Source: Candidatus Hadarchaeum sp.
GTDB taxonomy: Archaea; Hadarchaeota; Hadarchaeia; Hadarchaeales; Hadarchaeaceae
NCBI RefSeq assembly: GCF_038871235.1
Contig: NZ_JAVZIN010000005.1
Coordinates: 45,735 to 109,734, forward strand
Reading direction: 5' to 3'
Length of the DNA stretch: 64,000 nt
The first letter of the stretch is position 1. Every line of letters begins with the position of its first letter. The notes beneath the pieces are model-generated. The model did no database searches. It saw only the letters and a list, made by a program, of their open reading frames with translations, and had not been told where the DNA came from. The translations under genes and the position numbers were made by a program. This document shows positions 32,040 to 41,928 of the stretch, piece by piece.

Positions 32040-32444
32040 ATGGAGGATACCTTTCTGACCGAGTCCCAGTTAAGAGTTCTCGAGCTCAGAATGAGGGGAC
32101 TTACCCAGGCCGAAATAGCCCGTCGGCTCAACACTTCCCGGGCCAACGTCAGTATTCTCGAGCGCAGGGCTAGGGAGAACATTGCCCGCGCAGAAAGAAC
32201 CTTGAAACTATTTGAGAGACTAAAGGCTCCGGTGACCATCACCGTGAAACCGGGGGAAGACATCCTCCAAGTGCCGAAAAAAATTTTTGATGCCGCCGAT
32301 GCCGCCAAGATCCGGGTGAAGCAGGGAACCGCCGAGATCATTGCCAGAATAAAGGAAGAGGCCGGGGATAGAATTCACGGCCGTTCCATAACTAAAAACT
32401 TTGAGATTGCCCTGACCTCAAACGGCGAAATCCTCATCTCATGA
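32040..32444 (+). CDS. tfx: Tfx-family DNA-binding protein
   Basis: FLT..Q..VL..R..G.TQAEIA..L.TSRANVS.LE.RARENI. Confidence 0.88.
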   Translation: MEDTFLTESQLRVLELRMRGLTQAEIARRLNTSRANVSILERRARENIARAERTLKLFERLKAPVTITVKPGEDILQVPKKIFDAADAAKIRVKQGTAEIIARIKEEAGDRIHGRSITKNFEIALTSNGEILIS

Positions 32445-34863
32445 ACCTGTCAAGACCAACCTGCTTCTCTTTCTCAAACTTCAAATCCTCCTCGCTGTAA
32501 CCGAGAACCTCCATAATCCTCATCACCGCTGGGAGTACCTGATGTCCGACGTAATAATCCGGATCGTACTCCTTGCCCTCAAAATCCTCCACTGGAACCG
32601 CACGGTCGCTTATACTTCCCGGACCCTTAACCTCAATGTAGGCTATCATCATGCCCGGCTCAATCTCATGACCCAGCTGTCTGAGGCGCTTTGCCGCCAC
32701 CACATGTGGCCCTATCGCCTTGTAGCTCTCGATGGGCATCTTCAACTGAGTGTAGATGATCAAATCTTCGAGGTTAACCCGCCCTTCATAGACGTCTCGG
32801 GTGGTCTTTCTGATGATCTCCGCGGCCTTCTTGGGTGACCCATCGCGCAGGATTGCCCTCAGCACTTCCTCCTGTGTTTTCTTGGCTATCGCCGCCCAGT
32901 CCCTGCGAACGAACTCCAAACCCTTGACGACCATGCGGCCCTCATCATCGATCATGGCATATCGCTTCTTGGTGATGAAAATGCCGCGCGGATAAAATCC
33001 CTCCAGCTCCAGTTCCATAATCCCGGGAAGGCTCTCGTTGACCTTCTTGAGAAAAAGCATCGCTTCCTCCCGCCTCTTGCCGTTTAGCTTGCAGTGCAGA
33101 CTGTCGGTGTCACCGTAAATCACCTCAAGGCCAAACTCTCTTGCCATTTCAATTGTCCGGTGAATATAATGTCTGCCGAAGCTGGTCACGCTCTCCGCAC
33201 ACTGCTTGGAATACCACCTAGCTCGCGGATATCCCAGCATACCGTAGAATGAGTTCGCGACTATCTTCATCGCCCACTGCCGCGCATCCAAGGCCCGATA
33301 CTCCTTGGTCTCACGGCCGATTTTTTTGAGTTCGGCTTTCAGCTTGGTTCTCTCTTCAATAATGCGTTGAAGGATTGTCGGGATAAAGCCCCTTCTCCGC
33401 TTGCAGAAGTAATAACTCAATCCCGGCACCTGCTCCCTTTCGCCCGGCTTGCAATCCTGACAGTTCAGCGTGGATGGGTCGATGTTATGGGTGACAATTA
33501 TCGAGGGATACAAGGATCTGAAATCGAAAACCACCAAATCCTCGTGGAGTCCCTTAACCGGCTCCATCACATAAGCGCCGGTAAATGTCTCCTCCACCCT
33601 TTCCTCAAATTCCTCACCAACGGGCCGCGGTGGCACCAGCTCACCAATCCGGTGCGCCTCAGCCACCAGCAACCACTCCACCAGCTGCCCCGGAGTCATC
33701 CTCTGAACGTCAAAAAGCGTCTGCCCCACAACGCGGGTCAGCCCGAGAAAAAGAGGCAGCAGCTCCAAACCAACCTCCAGCGTGGCATCGGCATCCGACA
33801 TGGAGTATTCCAGAAACCTGAGCCCGGCATCGCCCCCTTTCTCCCAAGCGTTGGTCATCTCGGAAAACTCAAAATCCGGCTTCTCCTTGCCGGTAAAGTG
33901 ACGGTAAACGTCGGTCAGTGAATAATGAATTAATCTTATCGAGCCAATGGTGGCTAGGAAATCAACCATGGCAAACACGTCGACATGAACGCGACCCCGG
34001 ATCTTTGACACGGTCGCAAATCTGCGTTTGCGCACCACCAGCTCAGAACCATCGCGGCCCCAATCCAGCTTCACCTTCAATTGCTTGGCCCGGCTTCGAA
34101 TGTAGGGCAAATCAAACAGGTCAGTATTGTATCCCAGCAAGATATCGGCGTCCCGCTCCTTCACCAACTCGACAAACCTTTTTATCATCTCCCGCTCGCT
34201 GTCGACCACCTCGACATACTCCGGTTTTCTATCGAAATTTTTCCAAGTGATGACCTTTCTCAGACCGCGGTTATCCGCTAAGCTGATCATTATTATTGGG
34301 TCCTTGTCTGGTCTAACGCTACCGGTGGGATTGTAGACCTCGATATCAAAACTCATTATGTTCAGCTTGGGCTCATCCACTGGAACCGGTTTCGGGACTC
34401 CCTCCATGACCACCGTCTTGACTCCGTTCTTCACCTCAACTCTGCCGCTGAACTCGACGCCCGACATCGGAGTTAGACCGCGGTCGATCAGGTAACGCCT
34501 AACTGAGGGGATATCAAACTCATAGATTTCCTTAACCCCAGGTAACTCACGAATCTTGTGCCTCAACTTCGCAGCATCACGCGGCTGGTGAAATGAGACC
34601 TTTATCGTATCAACCTCATTGCCCAGCAGGGTTCGCCTGACAATCTCAACACTTTTCGGCTTTATCAGCGCACCATCTTCATCCAGCTCGATCTTTTCGA
34701 TGAGCTTGCAGGTCTTGGCGGGGTTATCTGCAACCACATAAAAATATTCCTCAAACCGGCTGTCAACCGCCATTACCGTCTCCGATCCTACCTTTACAAA
34801 AAGCTTTACGCTAGGTTTGTCCTCTTCCTCTGCAAAATCAACGTCCAGCAGCAGGCCCCTCAT
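32434..34863 (-). CDS. polB: Family B DNA polymerase, intein-free
   Basis: FDIE, YN..FD, DFRSLYPS, K..ANSFYG, YGDTDS, C-terminal PIP box QVGLDRF; start trimmed. Confidence 0.96.
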   Translation of the reverse strand: MRGLLLDVDFAEEEDKPSVKLFVKVGSETVMAVDSRFEEYFYVVADNPAKTCKLIEKIELDEDGALIKPKSVEIVRRTLLGNEVDTIKVSFHQPRDAAKLRHKIRELPGVKEIYEFDIPSVRRYLIDRGLTPMSGVEFSGRVEVKNGVKTVVMEGVPKPVPVDEPKLNIMSFDIEVYNPTGSVRPDKDPIIMISLADNRGLRKVITWKNFDRKPEYVEVVDSEREMIKRFVELVKERDADILLGYNTDLFDLPYIRSRAKQLKVKLDWGRDGSELVVRKRRFATVSKIRGRVHVDVFAMVDFLATIGSIRLIHYSLTDVYRHFTGKEKPDFEFSEMTNAWEKGGDAGLRFLEYSMSDADATLEVGLELLPLFLGLTRVVGQTLFDVQRMTPGQLVEWLLVAEAHRIGELVPPRPVGEEFEERVEETFTGAYVMEPVKGLHEDLVVFDFRSLYPSIIVTHNIDPSTLNCQDCKPGEREQVPGLSYYFCKRRRGFIPTILQRIIEERTKLKAELKKIGRETKEYRALDARQWAMKIVANSFYGMLGYPRARWYSKQCAESVTSFGRHYIHRTIEMAREFGLEVIYGDTDSLHCKLNGKRREEAMLFLKKVNESLPGIMELELEGFYPRGIFITKKRYAMIDDEGRMVVKGLEFVRRDWAAIAKKTQEEVLRAILRDGSPKKAAEIIRKTTRDVYEGRVNLEDLIIYTQLKMPIESYKAIGPHVVAAKRLRQLGHEIEPGMMIAYIEVKGPGSISDRAVPVEDFEGKEYDPDYYVGHQVLPAVMRIMEVLGYSEEDLKFEKEKQVGLDRFMR

Positions 34864-35010
34864 CGACACCAAAGAAATTTTGAGCATCTGGGATAAAGAC
34901 CTTTCAGGCGGATAACCTTTCCACGATTCCGCCATCATACCAAACGGGGTCAAAATAAGCTGGGATAAAGCCTTAAATTATGAAACAAACTGTTATTCTC
35001 GGTGATTTGA

Positions 35011-36063
35011 GTGCCAATTCCAAAATATGTTGGCTCCATGAAGGGAAAAGATTTTATCAACACGCAGGATTTCACACAGGCGGAGATCAAAAAGATTCTT
35101 GATGCTGCGGATGACCTGAAGAAAAAATTCAGAAAAAGAACCCCGACAAATTATCTTCCCGGCAGAACTCTCTTCATGATCTTCTACAACCGATCGCTCC
35201 GCACGCGCAACTCATTCGAGGCGGGAATCTATCAGCTCGGGGGGCACGCACATTTCCTCAGCCCCCAAGACCTCTACACGCCGACCCTGCCCGAGGACAT
35301 GGTTCCTTACGCCACTGAGGCCATATCTGACGTGGCCCGGGTTCTGAGCCGATACGGCGACGCTATCGCCATTAGGATTTACGGGGACGCTGCTAAGTGG
35401 ACCATCGGGCGCGGTCATCGGGTAATTCAGGAGTTCGCCAAGTGGGCAGATATCCCGGTCCTAAACATGGAGGACGACATGCACCATCCATTCCAGGCTC
35501 TGGCCGACATGCAGGCGGCGCGGGCAGTCGAACCGAAACTGGAGGGCAAAAAGTTCGTCGTTTCCTACGCCTACTCTGGAGGCCTGAAACCGCTCGCCGT
35601 CCCCCAGAACGAGGTTCTCATAACCACACAGATGGGGATGGATGTGGTACTGGCCCATCCAAAGGGATTTGAGCTCGAGGACAGCATCATCAAGGCCTGC
35701 AAAGAAAACGTGGAAAAGTATGGCGGTAGCTTCGAAATCTGTTATGACATGGAGGAAGCCTTTGAGGGGGCTGACTTTGTCTATCCCAAGGCCTGGTCAC
35801 CAAAACAGTTTGTACCGCCCTACAACAATACCGTTGACAAGGAGGGAGCCTCGGCCTATCAGGCAAAATTCAAGAACTGGATAACCACCATGGAACTGCT
35901 GGACAAGACAAACAAAGCCTACTACATGCACTGCGGCCCAGCCGATCGGGGGCAGGAAGTCACCGACGAAGTCCTTGACACTTACAAACGCTCTCTCTAC
36001 TTCGAGGAAGCTGAAAACAGGTTGCACGTACAAAAAGCCGTAATGTCAATGGTAATGCCGTAA
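35011..36063 (+). CDS. Carbamoyltransferase of the YgeW/AOTCase-like (knotted) branch
   Basis: SLRTR, HPFQALAD, YAYSGGLKPLAVPQ, VYPKAW, MHCGP, AENRLH; no SMG ornithine loop. Confidence 0.8.
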   Translation: MPIPKYVGSMKGKDFINTQDFTQAEIKKILDAADDLKKKFRKRTPTNYLPGRTLFMIFYNRSLRTRNSFEAGIYQLGGHAHFLSPQDLYTPTLPEDMVPYATEAISDVARVLSRYGDAIAIRIYGDAAKWTIGRGHRVIQEFAKWADIPVLNMEDDMHHPFQALADMQAARAVEPKLEGKKFVVSYAYSGGLKPLAVPQNEVLITTQMGMDVVLAHPKGFELEDSIIKACKENVEKYGGSFEICYDMEEAFEGADFVYPKAWSPKQFVPPYNNTVDKEGASAYQAKFKNWITTMELLDKTNKAYYMHCGPADRGQEVTDEVLDTYKRSLYFEEAENRLHVQKAVMSMVMP

Positions 36064-36076
36064 ATTAAAATTCTAC

Positions 36077-36295
36077 CTATAACTCTCCGCCACCGATCAA
36101 TGGGAAAAAGGAGATGCCCTCCTTGGCCTTGGAGAGCTTCTCCTTAACCTTTTCAATATCCGAGGCATCGACATAAACTCCATCGATGATGACGGACTGA
36201 CCCTCAAAGAATCTCCGCTTTATAAGCTCTAGAGCTTCCTCTATCGTCAGCTCCTGAATTAGGTGTCCTCCTTCGAAAACCTTAACTTTGACCAT
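36077..36295 (-). CDS. Ubiquitin-like (beta-grasp) protein ending GGG-EL
   Basis: 72 aa; V.V.V start, V.IDG, ISFFPLIGGG end; starts 5 nt after the 2Fe-2S gene stop. Confidence 0.65.
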   Translation of the reverse strand: MVKVKVFEGGHLIQELTIEEALELIKRRFFEGQSVIIDGVYVDASDIEKVKEKLSKAKEGISFFPLIGGGEL

Positions 36296-36300
36296 GTTTC

Positions 36301-36777
36301 CTACGCTTGCGACATCTCAAGAGAAGCTGCCTTTATCGCCTTAATGATGTTGATGTAGCCGGTGCATCTGCAGAGGTGTCCCTTCAGTGCCTCCTTTATC
36401 TCCTCATCGGTGGGGTGGGGATTCTCATCAAGCAAGGCCTTTGTCATTATTATTATTCCAGGAATACAGAACCCACATTGGATGGCACCGTGCTTTACAA
36501 AAGCCTCTTGGATCGGATGCAGCTTTCCATTTGTCACCAGACCCTCAATGGTGGTAATCTCAGCACCGTCGACGGTCACCGCCAAGGTCAAGCAGGAAAG
36601 CCTCGGCTCGTTGTTAACTAAAACCGTGCAGGCACCACAATCTCCCGTCCCGCACCCGTACTTGGTCCCACACAGCCCCAGCTTATTCCTCAGCACATTA
36701 AGGAGAAGTTCATTCGGCTTCACGTTCAGTTCACAATCTCTTCCGTTGACCTTAATCTTAATTTTCCTCTCTTCCAC
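36301..36777 (-). CDS. Mo-hydroxylase small (2Fe-2S) subunit
   Basis: GCGTGDCGACTV, SCL, QCGFC.PG, HLCRCTGY; GTG start after GAGGTGA. Confidence 0.93.
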   Translation of the reverse strand: MEERKIKIKVNGRDCELNVKPNELLLNVLRNKLGLCGTKYGCGTGDCGACTVLVNNEPRLSCLTLAVTVDGAEITTIEGLVTNGKLHPIQEAFVKHGAIQCGFCIPGIIIMTKALLDENPHPTDEEIKEALKGHLCRCTGYINIIKAIKAASLEMSQA

Positions 36778-36782
36778 ACCAA

Positions 36783-37619
36783 TCACCTCGCCCTTTGCCA
36801 AGCTTCTTGTACCACTTTCTGAAACAGATACTTCGCAATTTCTCTGAGATACCACTCTTCAGGATCTATTCCGGCCACCGCTGCTTCGCAGGCCGCATTC
36901 ACGGCGTTGTCGTCAAAACTCCTCCCTTCAAGCAAGCTTTCCGCCTCTTTCACTCGTCTGGGCTTTTCAATATCACCGCCCATTGCTATCCTGCAGTACC
37001 TGCACTTTTCCCCTTGGCGACCAATGACCACAGCGAACTTTATCTTCCTCTTTATCTCACCGTATGCGGCGCCGCATCTCCCATCTAGCGCTGGCAGATG
37101 GATCTCGGTGAGCAGCTCATCAGGAGCCAGTGAAGTCTTGCGATCGCCGACAAACAGCTCTTCAAGGGGTACTATTCTGGAACCTCTCTTGCTAACGACT
37201 TTTACTCGTGCCTCAAGCGCCAACAGCGGTGGTGCGGCACTCGCAGTCGAAGCCGCATTGCAGATGTTTCCGCCTATTGTGCCCATTCTTCTGATCTCAA
37301 GCTGTATGCTCTCAAAGGCCTCGCGCAGTATTTGATAATCCTTGAGCTCAGGCGCTCTCATCATGTCAAAAAACGAAACGTTGGCTCCAACGACCAAATC
37401 AGATCCAACCTTCGCTATCGAACGCAACTCCGGTATCTTGCCAATATAGATCAAATGCTTTGGACTGATCTTTTCGAGTTTCATGTCAACGATCAGGTTG
37501 GTTCCTCCGGCCAGTATCTTGGCGTCCTTTCCATATCTGGCAAGAAGATCCACAGCTTCAGCAACTGTCTTAGGCTCATGGTATTCGAACTCATTAAACA
37601 ATATCCTCGTGTTCACCAT
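36783..37619 (-). CDS. Mo-hydroxylase FAD-binding subunit
   Basis: LAGGTNL, IRRMGTIGGN. Confidence 0.92.
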   Translation of the reverse strand: MVNTRILFNEFEYHEPKTVAEAVDLLARYGKDAKILAGGTNLIVDMKLEKISPKHLIYIGKIPELRSIAKVGSDLVVGANVSFFDMMRAPELKDYQILREAFESIQLEIRRMGTIGGNICNAASTASAAPPLLALEARVKVVSKRGSRIVPLEELFVGDRKTSLAPDELLTEIHLPALDGRCGAAYGEIKRKIKFAVVIGRQGEKCRYCRIAMGGDIEKPRRVKEAESLLEGRSFDDNAVNAACEAAVAGIDPEEWYLREIAKYLFQKVVQEAWQRAR

Positions 37620-37620
37620 C

Positions 37621-39966
37621 TTAATTCCCCTCCTTTTCCTTCAAGGCCTTTAAAACCTTTTCCGGCGTTATCGGCATCTCCCTGATCCAGACCCCGATTG
37701 CGTTGTAGATCGCGTTGGCAATCACGGCAGGAACTGGATTTATCGCGGCCTCTCCGATCCCCTTGGCTCCAAACGGTCCCGTATCCTCATAGGTGTTGGC
37801 GAAAAATACTTGAATATCATCAGGATTGGGCATGTCCTCGGCCTTCAAAATGTTGTAGCCTGCGAAGAATCCTTTATTAGTCAGTTCTCCGGTCTTCCTG
37901 TTGTACTTGGTATCCTCACAGAGAACGTAGCTGAGGCCACGGTAAAAGCTCCCATGTATCTGCGCCACCGCATAGATAGGATCGATGACCGTCCCGCAGT
38001 CGGCTCCTATGACGGCCCTCACCGGTTTCACCTCTCCCGTTCTCTTGTTGACCTCGACCTCGACAAAGTAGACGGTGTAGGCCGGAGGACACTGCCCCTG
38101 TCTGAGGCTGTCAACCGCGGCGATTGTCCCCCAGTTCTTATTTCTGGCGGTTGCGGCCACCTCTTTGACGGTTATCTCCTTCCCAGAAATTCCTTCGGCG
38201 TAGATTATTCCCTGCTTGAGCTTTTCATCGGGCCTGATCTTTAGCGCATGGGGATAAACTCCCAAAATCCTCGACGCGTATTCCAGCAGTTTCTGCCTCA
38301 CCTGTTCGGCGACCTTCTTTAAAGTTCCACCGCCGGCGTACACTCCTCTAGTGGCGTGCAGACAGACATCATAAACAGAGTTACAAGTGTCTGTGGGTGC
38401 CAGTTCCACGCAATCAAGTGGCACCCCAAGCGTCTCAGCCACTATTTTCAGGCCGGCTTCAAGCGCGCCGCCACCCATGTCCTGAAGCGAGGCAATAACA
38501 TCTACCGTTCCGTCTTCATTTACCTTGATCATTGCGCCGGAAAAGTCGACCGCCTCGCCGGGCAGCGGTCCTCCGGCACTTGAGGTGTGGAAACCGCGCG
38601 CCATGCCAATGCCCCTGACGATGTCCCCCTTCTTGTCCTGAGGTCTGCCACGGCTTTTCCACCCGATCATCTCGGCTCCTTTTTTGATCAGCTCTTCAAC
38701 TCCGCAGCTCCTTATTACCGATCTCACCGTTGGTCCCTGTCCCCAGAAGACATCGCCAAGTCCAACGTAGTTCTTAAGCTCAACCTCAATGGGGTCGAGG
38801 CCCAGTTTCTCCGCAACTTCGTTCATCATGGTCTGGGCGATGAAGTTCACCTGCGGATTTCCAAAGCCTTGCATCGCACAGGCCGGGGCTTTGTTGGTGT
38901 AAACGGCTTTACCAGTAAACTTCAGGTTTGGCATCTTATAGAGAGAAACCAGCCATCCGGCGGTGCAACCCAAAAGCGGGTAGGCCTGGATGTTATGGGC
39001 CCCGATATCAACGATGACCTCCATCTCTCCGGCAACGAGCTTACCGTCCTTCTTGGCACCTAACTTATACTTCAGAATCATAGGATATCGGCAGTGGTCG
39101 TACATGTCCTCCTCGCGGGTAGTGCACATTTTAACCGGCTTCCTTGCCTTCAGAGCTAGAGCAACCGTAATAGGGAGTACCGAATTCATCTGAATGCTGG
39201 AGCCGAAAGACCCACCCAACGATATCTTCTTAACGTTGACCTTGTTCAAGGGTATGCCAAAGATCTCGCCGATGAGTATCCGGCAGTTGTGGATGCTCTG
39301 CGTTGTTGTCCAGATGGTCACTCCACCGTTTGGCTCCGGAACAACGACAGCTGACTTGGTTTCTAGCTGGGCGTGATAAACCCTGCTGGTCCTTGCCGTG
39401 CCCTCAATGACAATGTCCGCCTCCTGGAAACCCTTTTCAACGTCACCCTCAGATATTTCCACCTTGGCAGCGATGTTGTTCTTTATCTCCACGACCTTGT
39501 CCTGAATAATTATCGAGTCATGGAGACTTGGTTTTCCCGGTTTCATAGCCGCTATCGGATCGAAAACCGGTTCCAGTGGTTCATACTCTACCTCAATCAA
39601 TCGAAGCGCCTTTTCGGCTTTTTCCTCCGTCTCTGCAGCGACGGCCGCGATTGCCTCGCCCACGTGCAGGGGTTTATTGGTAAGAACAGTTCTGTCCTTA
39701 AACGTCGCTGAGGGAACGCTGACGATACGTTCGTTGTACTTAATCTTAGGAACGTCATCAAAAGTGATGCAGATTGCCCCCATAGCTTCAGCCTTGCTGG
39801 TGTCGATGCGTTTGATTCTAGCATGTGGATAGCGACTTCTCAAAATTCTGCCATAAAGCATTCCCGGCACAACCACATCACAGGTAAATTTCTCCTGCCC
39901 CGTGGCCTTTGGAATCGCGTCCTTCCTGATAGACGGTTTACCTACTGTATAATATTGGGCTGCCAA
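37621..39966 (-). CDS. Xanthine dehydrogenase-family molybdopterin-binding large subunit, substrate unknown
   Basis: RS..PHARI, HAQLE, GGSFG, AMQGFG, GAKGIGE. Confidence 0.92.
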   Translation of the reverse strand: MAAQYYTVGKPSIRKDAIPKATGQEKFTCDVVVPGMLYGRILRSRYPHARIKRIDTSKAEAMGAICITFDDVPKIKYNERIVSVPSATFKDRTVLTNKPLHVGEAIAAVAAETEEKAEKALRLIEVEYEPLEPVFDPIAAMKPGKPSLHDSIIIQDKVVEIKNNIAAKVEISEGDVEKGFQEADIVIEGTARTSRVYHAQLETKSAVVVPEPNGGVTIWTTTQSIHNCRILIGEIFGIPLNKVNVKKISLGGSFGSSIQMNSVLPITVALALKARKPVKMCTTREEDMYDHCRYPMILKYKLGAKKDGKLVAGEMEVIVDIGAHNIQAYPLLGCTAGWLVSLYKMPNLKFTGKAVYTNKAPACAMQGFGNPQVNFIAQTMMNEVAEKLGLDPIEVELKNYVGLGDVFWGQGPTVRSVIRSCGVEELIKKGAEMIGWKSRGRPQDKKGDIVRGIGMARGFHTSSAGGPLPGEAVDFSGAMIKVNEDGTVDVIASLQDMGGGALEAGLKIVAETLGVPLDCVELAPTDTCNSVYDVCLHATRGVYAGGGTLKKVAEQVRQKLLEYASRILGVYPHALKIRPDEKLKQGIIYAEGISGKEITVKEVAATARNKNWGTIAAVDSLRQGQCPPAYTVYFVEVEVNKRTGEVKPVRAVIGADCGTVIDPIYAVAQIHGSFYRGLSYVLCEDTKYNRKTGELTNKGFFAGYNILKAEDMPNPDDIQVFFANTYEDTGPFGAKGIGEAAINPVPAVIANAIYNAIGVWIREMPITPEKVLKALKEKEGN

Positions 39967-40119
39967 ATTTTCACCCTTTACGTTTTTTCCATTACTTCCC
40001 GTTTCAAACGCATAGTTTTCTCTTAAAAACTTTTTTGGTAACTCCTCTAAGGCAACAATTTTAAATTAAATCCATGGGCAACCGATCACGGCGGCGGGTG
40101 CGCTATTCAAATTGAGTAA

Positions 40120-40992
40120 CTAGATGGCCCTGATCTCCTGCCTCATGAATTTCACATAGGAGATGGCGAAGATGATGAATGTAACCGCCACCAAGGCAGT
40201 TATATGCGACCAGACCAGCAGCAGGCTTTGGTCCAACGGGAGCGGGTTGGCGACCATCCCATATAACTTCTCTATCGAAACCGGGCCCAGAATTCTAACC
40301 GTTGGACTGAGCATCACATAAGCGGCCTCAAGGAAGATGTAGTTCGGTGAGAAGTACAGCAGCGTCAGGTTTTTCAGGGGTGATGCAATCATGTACATGA
40401 AAAAGCTAAAGAAAAGCCAGACAGCAACCGAAGCCAGAGCCGAAGTCCCCTCCCGCCTGAAAATCACCGAAAACAGAAGACCTAAGGCGACCCAGATGGA
40501 GAGGTAAACGACGCTAATAAGGAGAAAGACCAATATCCTGCCTATCTCCTCAAGGGTCGGCAGAGTGCTCCAGGCTCGGATGGCAAATCCAACTTCGATA
40601 AAGATCACACCGACCAAGGTGATGGCGATAGTGGCCACGCCAGCGAGAAACTTGGCGTTGATCAAGGAGTCCCTGTGCACGGGCTGGGAAAGAACGTTGC
40701 CCAAGGTGCCGCTGGAGATCTCCCGGTTGATCGTGTCAAAGGTGAAGATGAAACCCAGCAGCGGGGCAATGTAAATGACCACCCACAGAAATGAGGGCAA
40801 CCCCTGCGCCCCAATGACAAAGAGCTGAAGAAACACGTTTTCGCCCAGGGTCCTCTGCAGCCCTAAGTTTTGTACCGCACCATAGGTCATGAAAATTCCC
40901 AGCGCATAGATGATGAAAAACAGCAGCCAGAATCTCTTACTGCCCAGATTATCGGCCAGCTCTTTGATGAAGATCTCGCGCGTCCCTACCAT
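40120..40992 (-). CDS. ABC-2 type permease
   Basis: FD.IN.E..SGTL..VLSQP..R...I.AKF, KFMRQEIR. Confidence 0.88.
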   Translation of the reverse strand: MVGTREIFIKELADNLGSKRFWLLFFIIYALGIFMTYGAVQNLGLQRTLGENVFLQLFVIGAQGLPSFLWVVIYIAPLLGFIFTFDTINREISSGTLGNVLSQPVHRDSLINAKFLAGVATIAITLVGVIFIEVGFAIRAWSTLPTLEEIGRILVFLLISVVYLSIWVALGLLFSVIFRREGTSALASVAVWLFFSFFMYMIASPLKNLTLLYFSPNYIFLEAAYVMLSPTVRILGPVSIEKLYGMVANPLPLDQSLLLVWSHITALVAVTFIIFAISYVKFMRQEIRAI

Positions 40993-41924
40993 TAGCTCTC
41001 CCCCAGGTAACCCAGGTAAATCTCCTCCAAGGACCTCTCCCGCGCCCGCAGGCTGATGGGAACCGCCTTGTTGTGTAGAAAGACCTCCATTATGGCTTGC
41101 CTGATATCCTTCTCCGATCTAACCGTGATAACCTTGCCTGACCTATCGACGCCCCTTACACCGTGCAGGGAGGATAGGTCATGGATAAGCTTTGAAGTGA
41201 TATTCTCCGCTTCAATGTCGATCACCCAGTCCTCTTTAGTCTTGGTCCTCAATTCCTCGATGGTACCGATGGCAACCATCTTGCCTCTGAGCATGATGCC
41301 GATGCGGTCGCAGATGTGCTGCACATCCGCGAGCATGTGGGAGAGCAGGAGCACCGTTGTCCCCTCCTCCTTGCTGATGCGCTTCATCAGATCCAGCAGC
41401 TCGTTCTTGCCCTCAGGGTCAAGTCCCTGAGTCGGCTCATCGAAAATGGCCACCTTCGGCTTTTTCACCAGCACGCCAGCAATTCCAACCCTCTGCCTCA
41501 TCCCACGCGAAAGTTTTCCCACTTTAACGTCGGCGTAATCGGTTGCCCCAACACTGGCTAAAGCTTCCTTGATGCGCTTGCGCGCTTCCTCCTCAGGGAT
41601 CTGGTTCAGCTTGGTGATGTACCTCAGATTCTGCTCCGGCGTCAGGTCCTCATAAAGACCCATTCTCTCGGCCAGATAGCCGGTGATGCTCTTGACCTTC
41701 AGCGGCTCCCTGAACGGATCGTGACCAAAAACACTGCAGGTTCCGGCTGACGGCTCGGTGAGGCCCAGCAGCATTAAAACGGTTGTGGTCTTGCCGGCTC
41801 CATTCGGGCCCAACATCCCAAAGAGCTCGCCCGGCCTTATCGAGAGGTTCAAATGGTCGACTGCGATAAAGTCGTTGTACTTCTTGGTCAGGTCGTGGGT
41901 CTCTATGGCCAAACTCTGGTCCAT
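40992..41924 (-). CDS. ABC transporter ATPase
   Basis: GPNGAGKT, LSRGMRQR, FDEPT; start trimmed to ATG 41924. Confidence 0.93.
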   Translation of the reverse strand: MDQSLAIETHDLTKKYNDFIAVDHLNLSIRPGELFGMLGPNGAGKTTTVLMLLGLTEPSAGTCSVFGHDPFREPLKVKSITGYLAERMGLYEDLTPEQNLRYITKLNQIPEEEARKRIKEALASVGATDYADVKVGKLSRGMRQRVGIAGVLVKKPKVAIFDEPTQGLDPEGKNELLDLMKRISKEEGTTVLLLSHMLADVQHICDRIGIMLRGKMVAIGTIEELRTKTKEDWVIDIEAENITSKLIHDLSSLHGVRGVDRSGKVITVRSEKDIRQAIMEVFLHNKAVPISLRARERSLEEIYLGYLGES

Positions 41925-41928
41925 ATGA

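Noticed and set aside
31136-32173. 345-aa plus-strand ORF
   Set aside because: Antisense shadow of map with no motifs
32434-34953. Intein or inactivated PolB
   Set aside because: Normal length; polymerase and exonuclease motifs are contiguous and intact
37621-39966. Aerobic CO dehydrogenase CoxL
   Set aside because: Active-site loop is AMQGFG, not AYxCSFR or AYxGAGR
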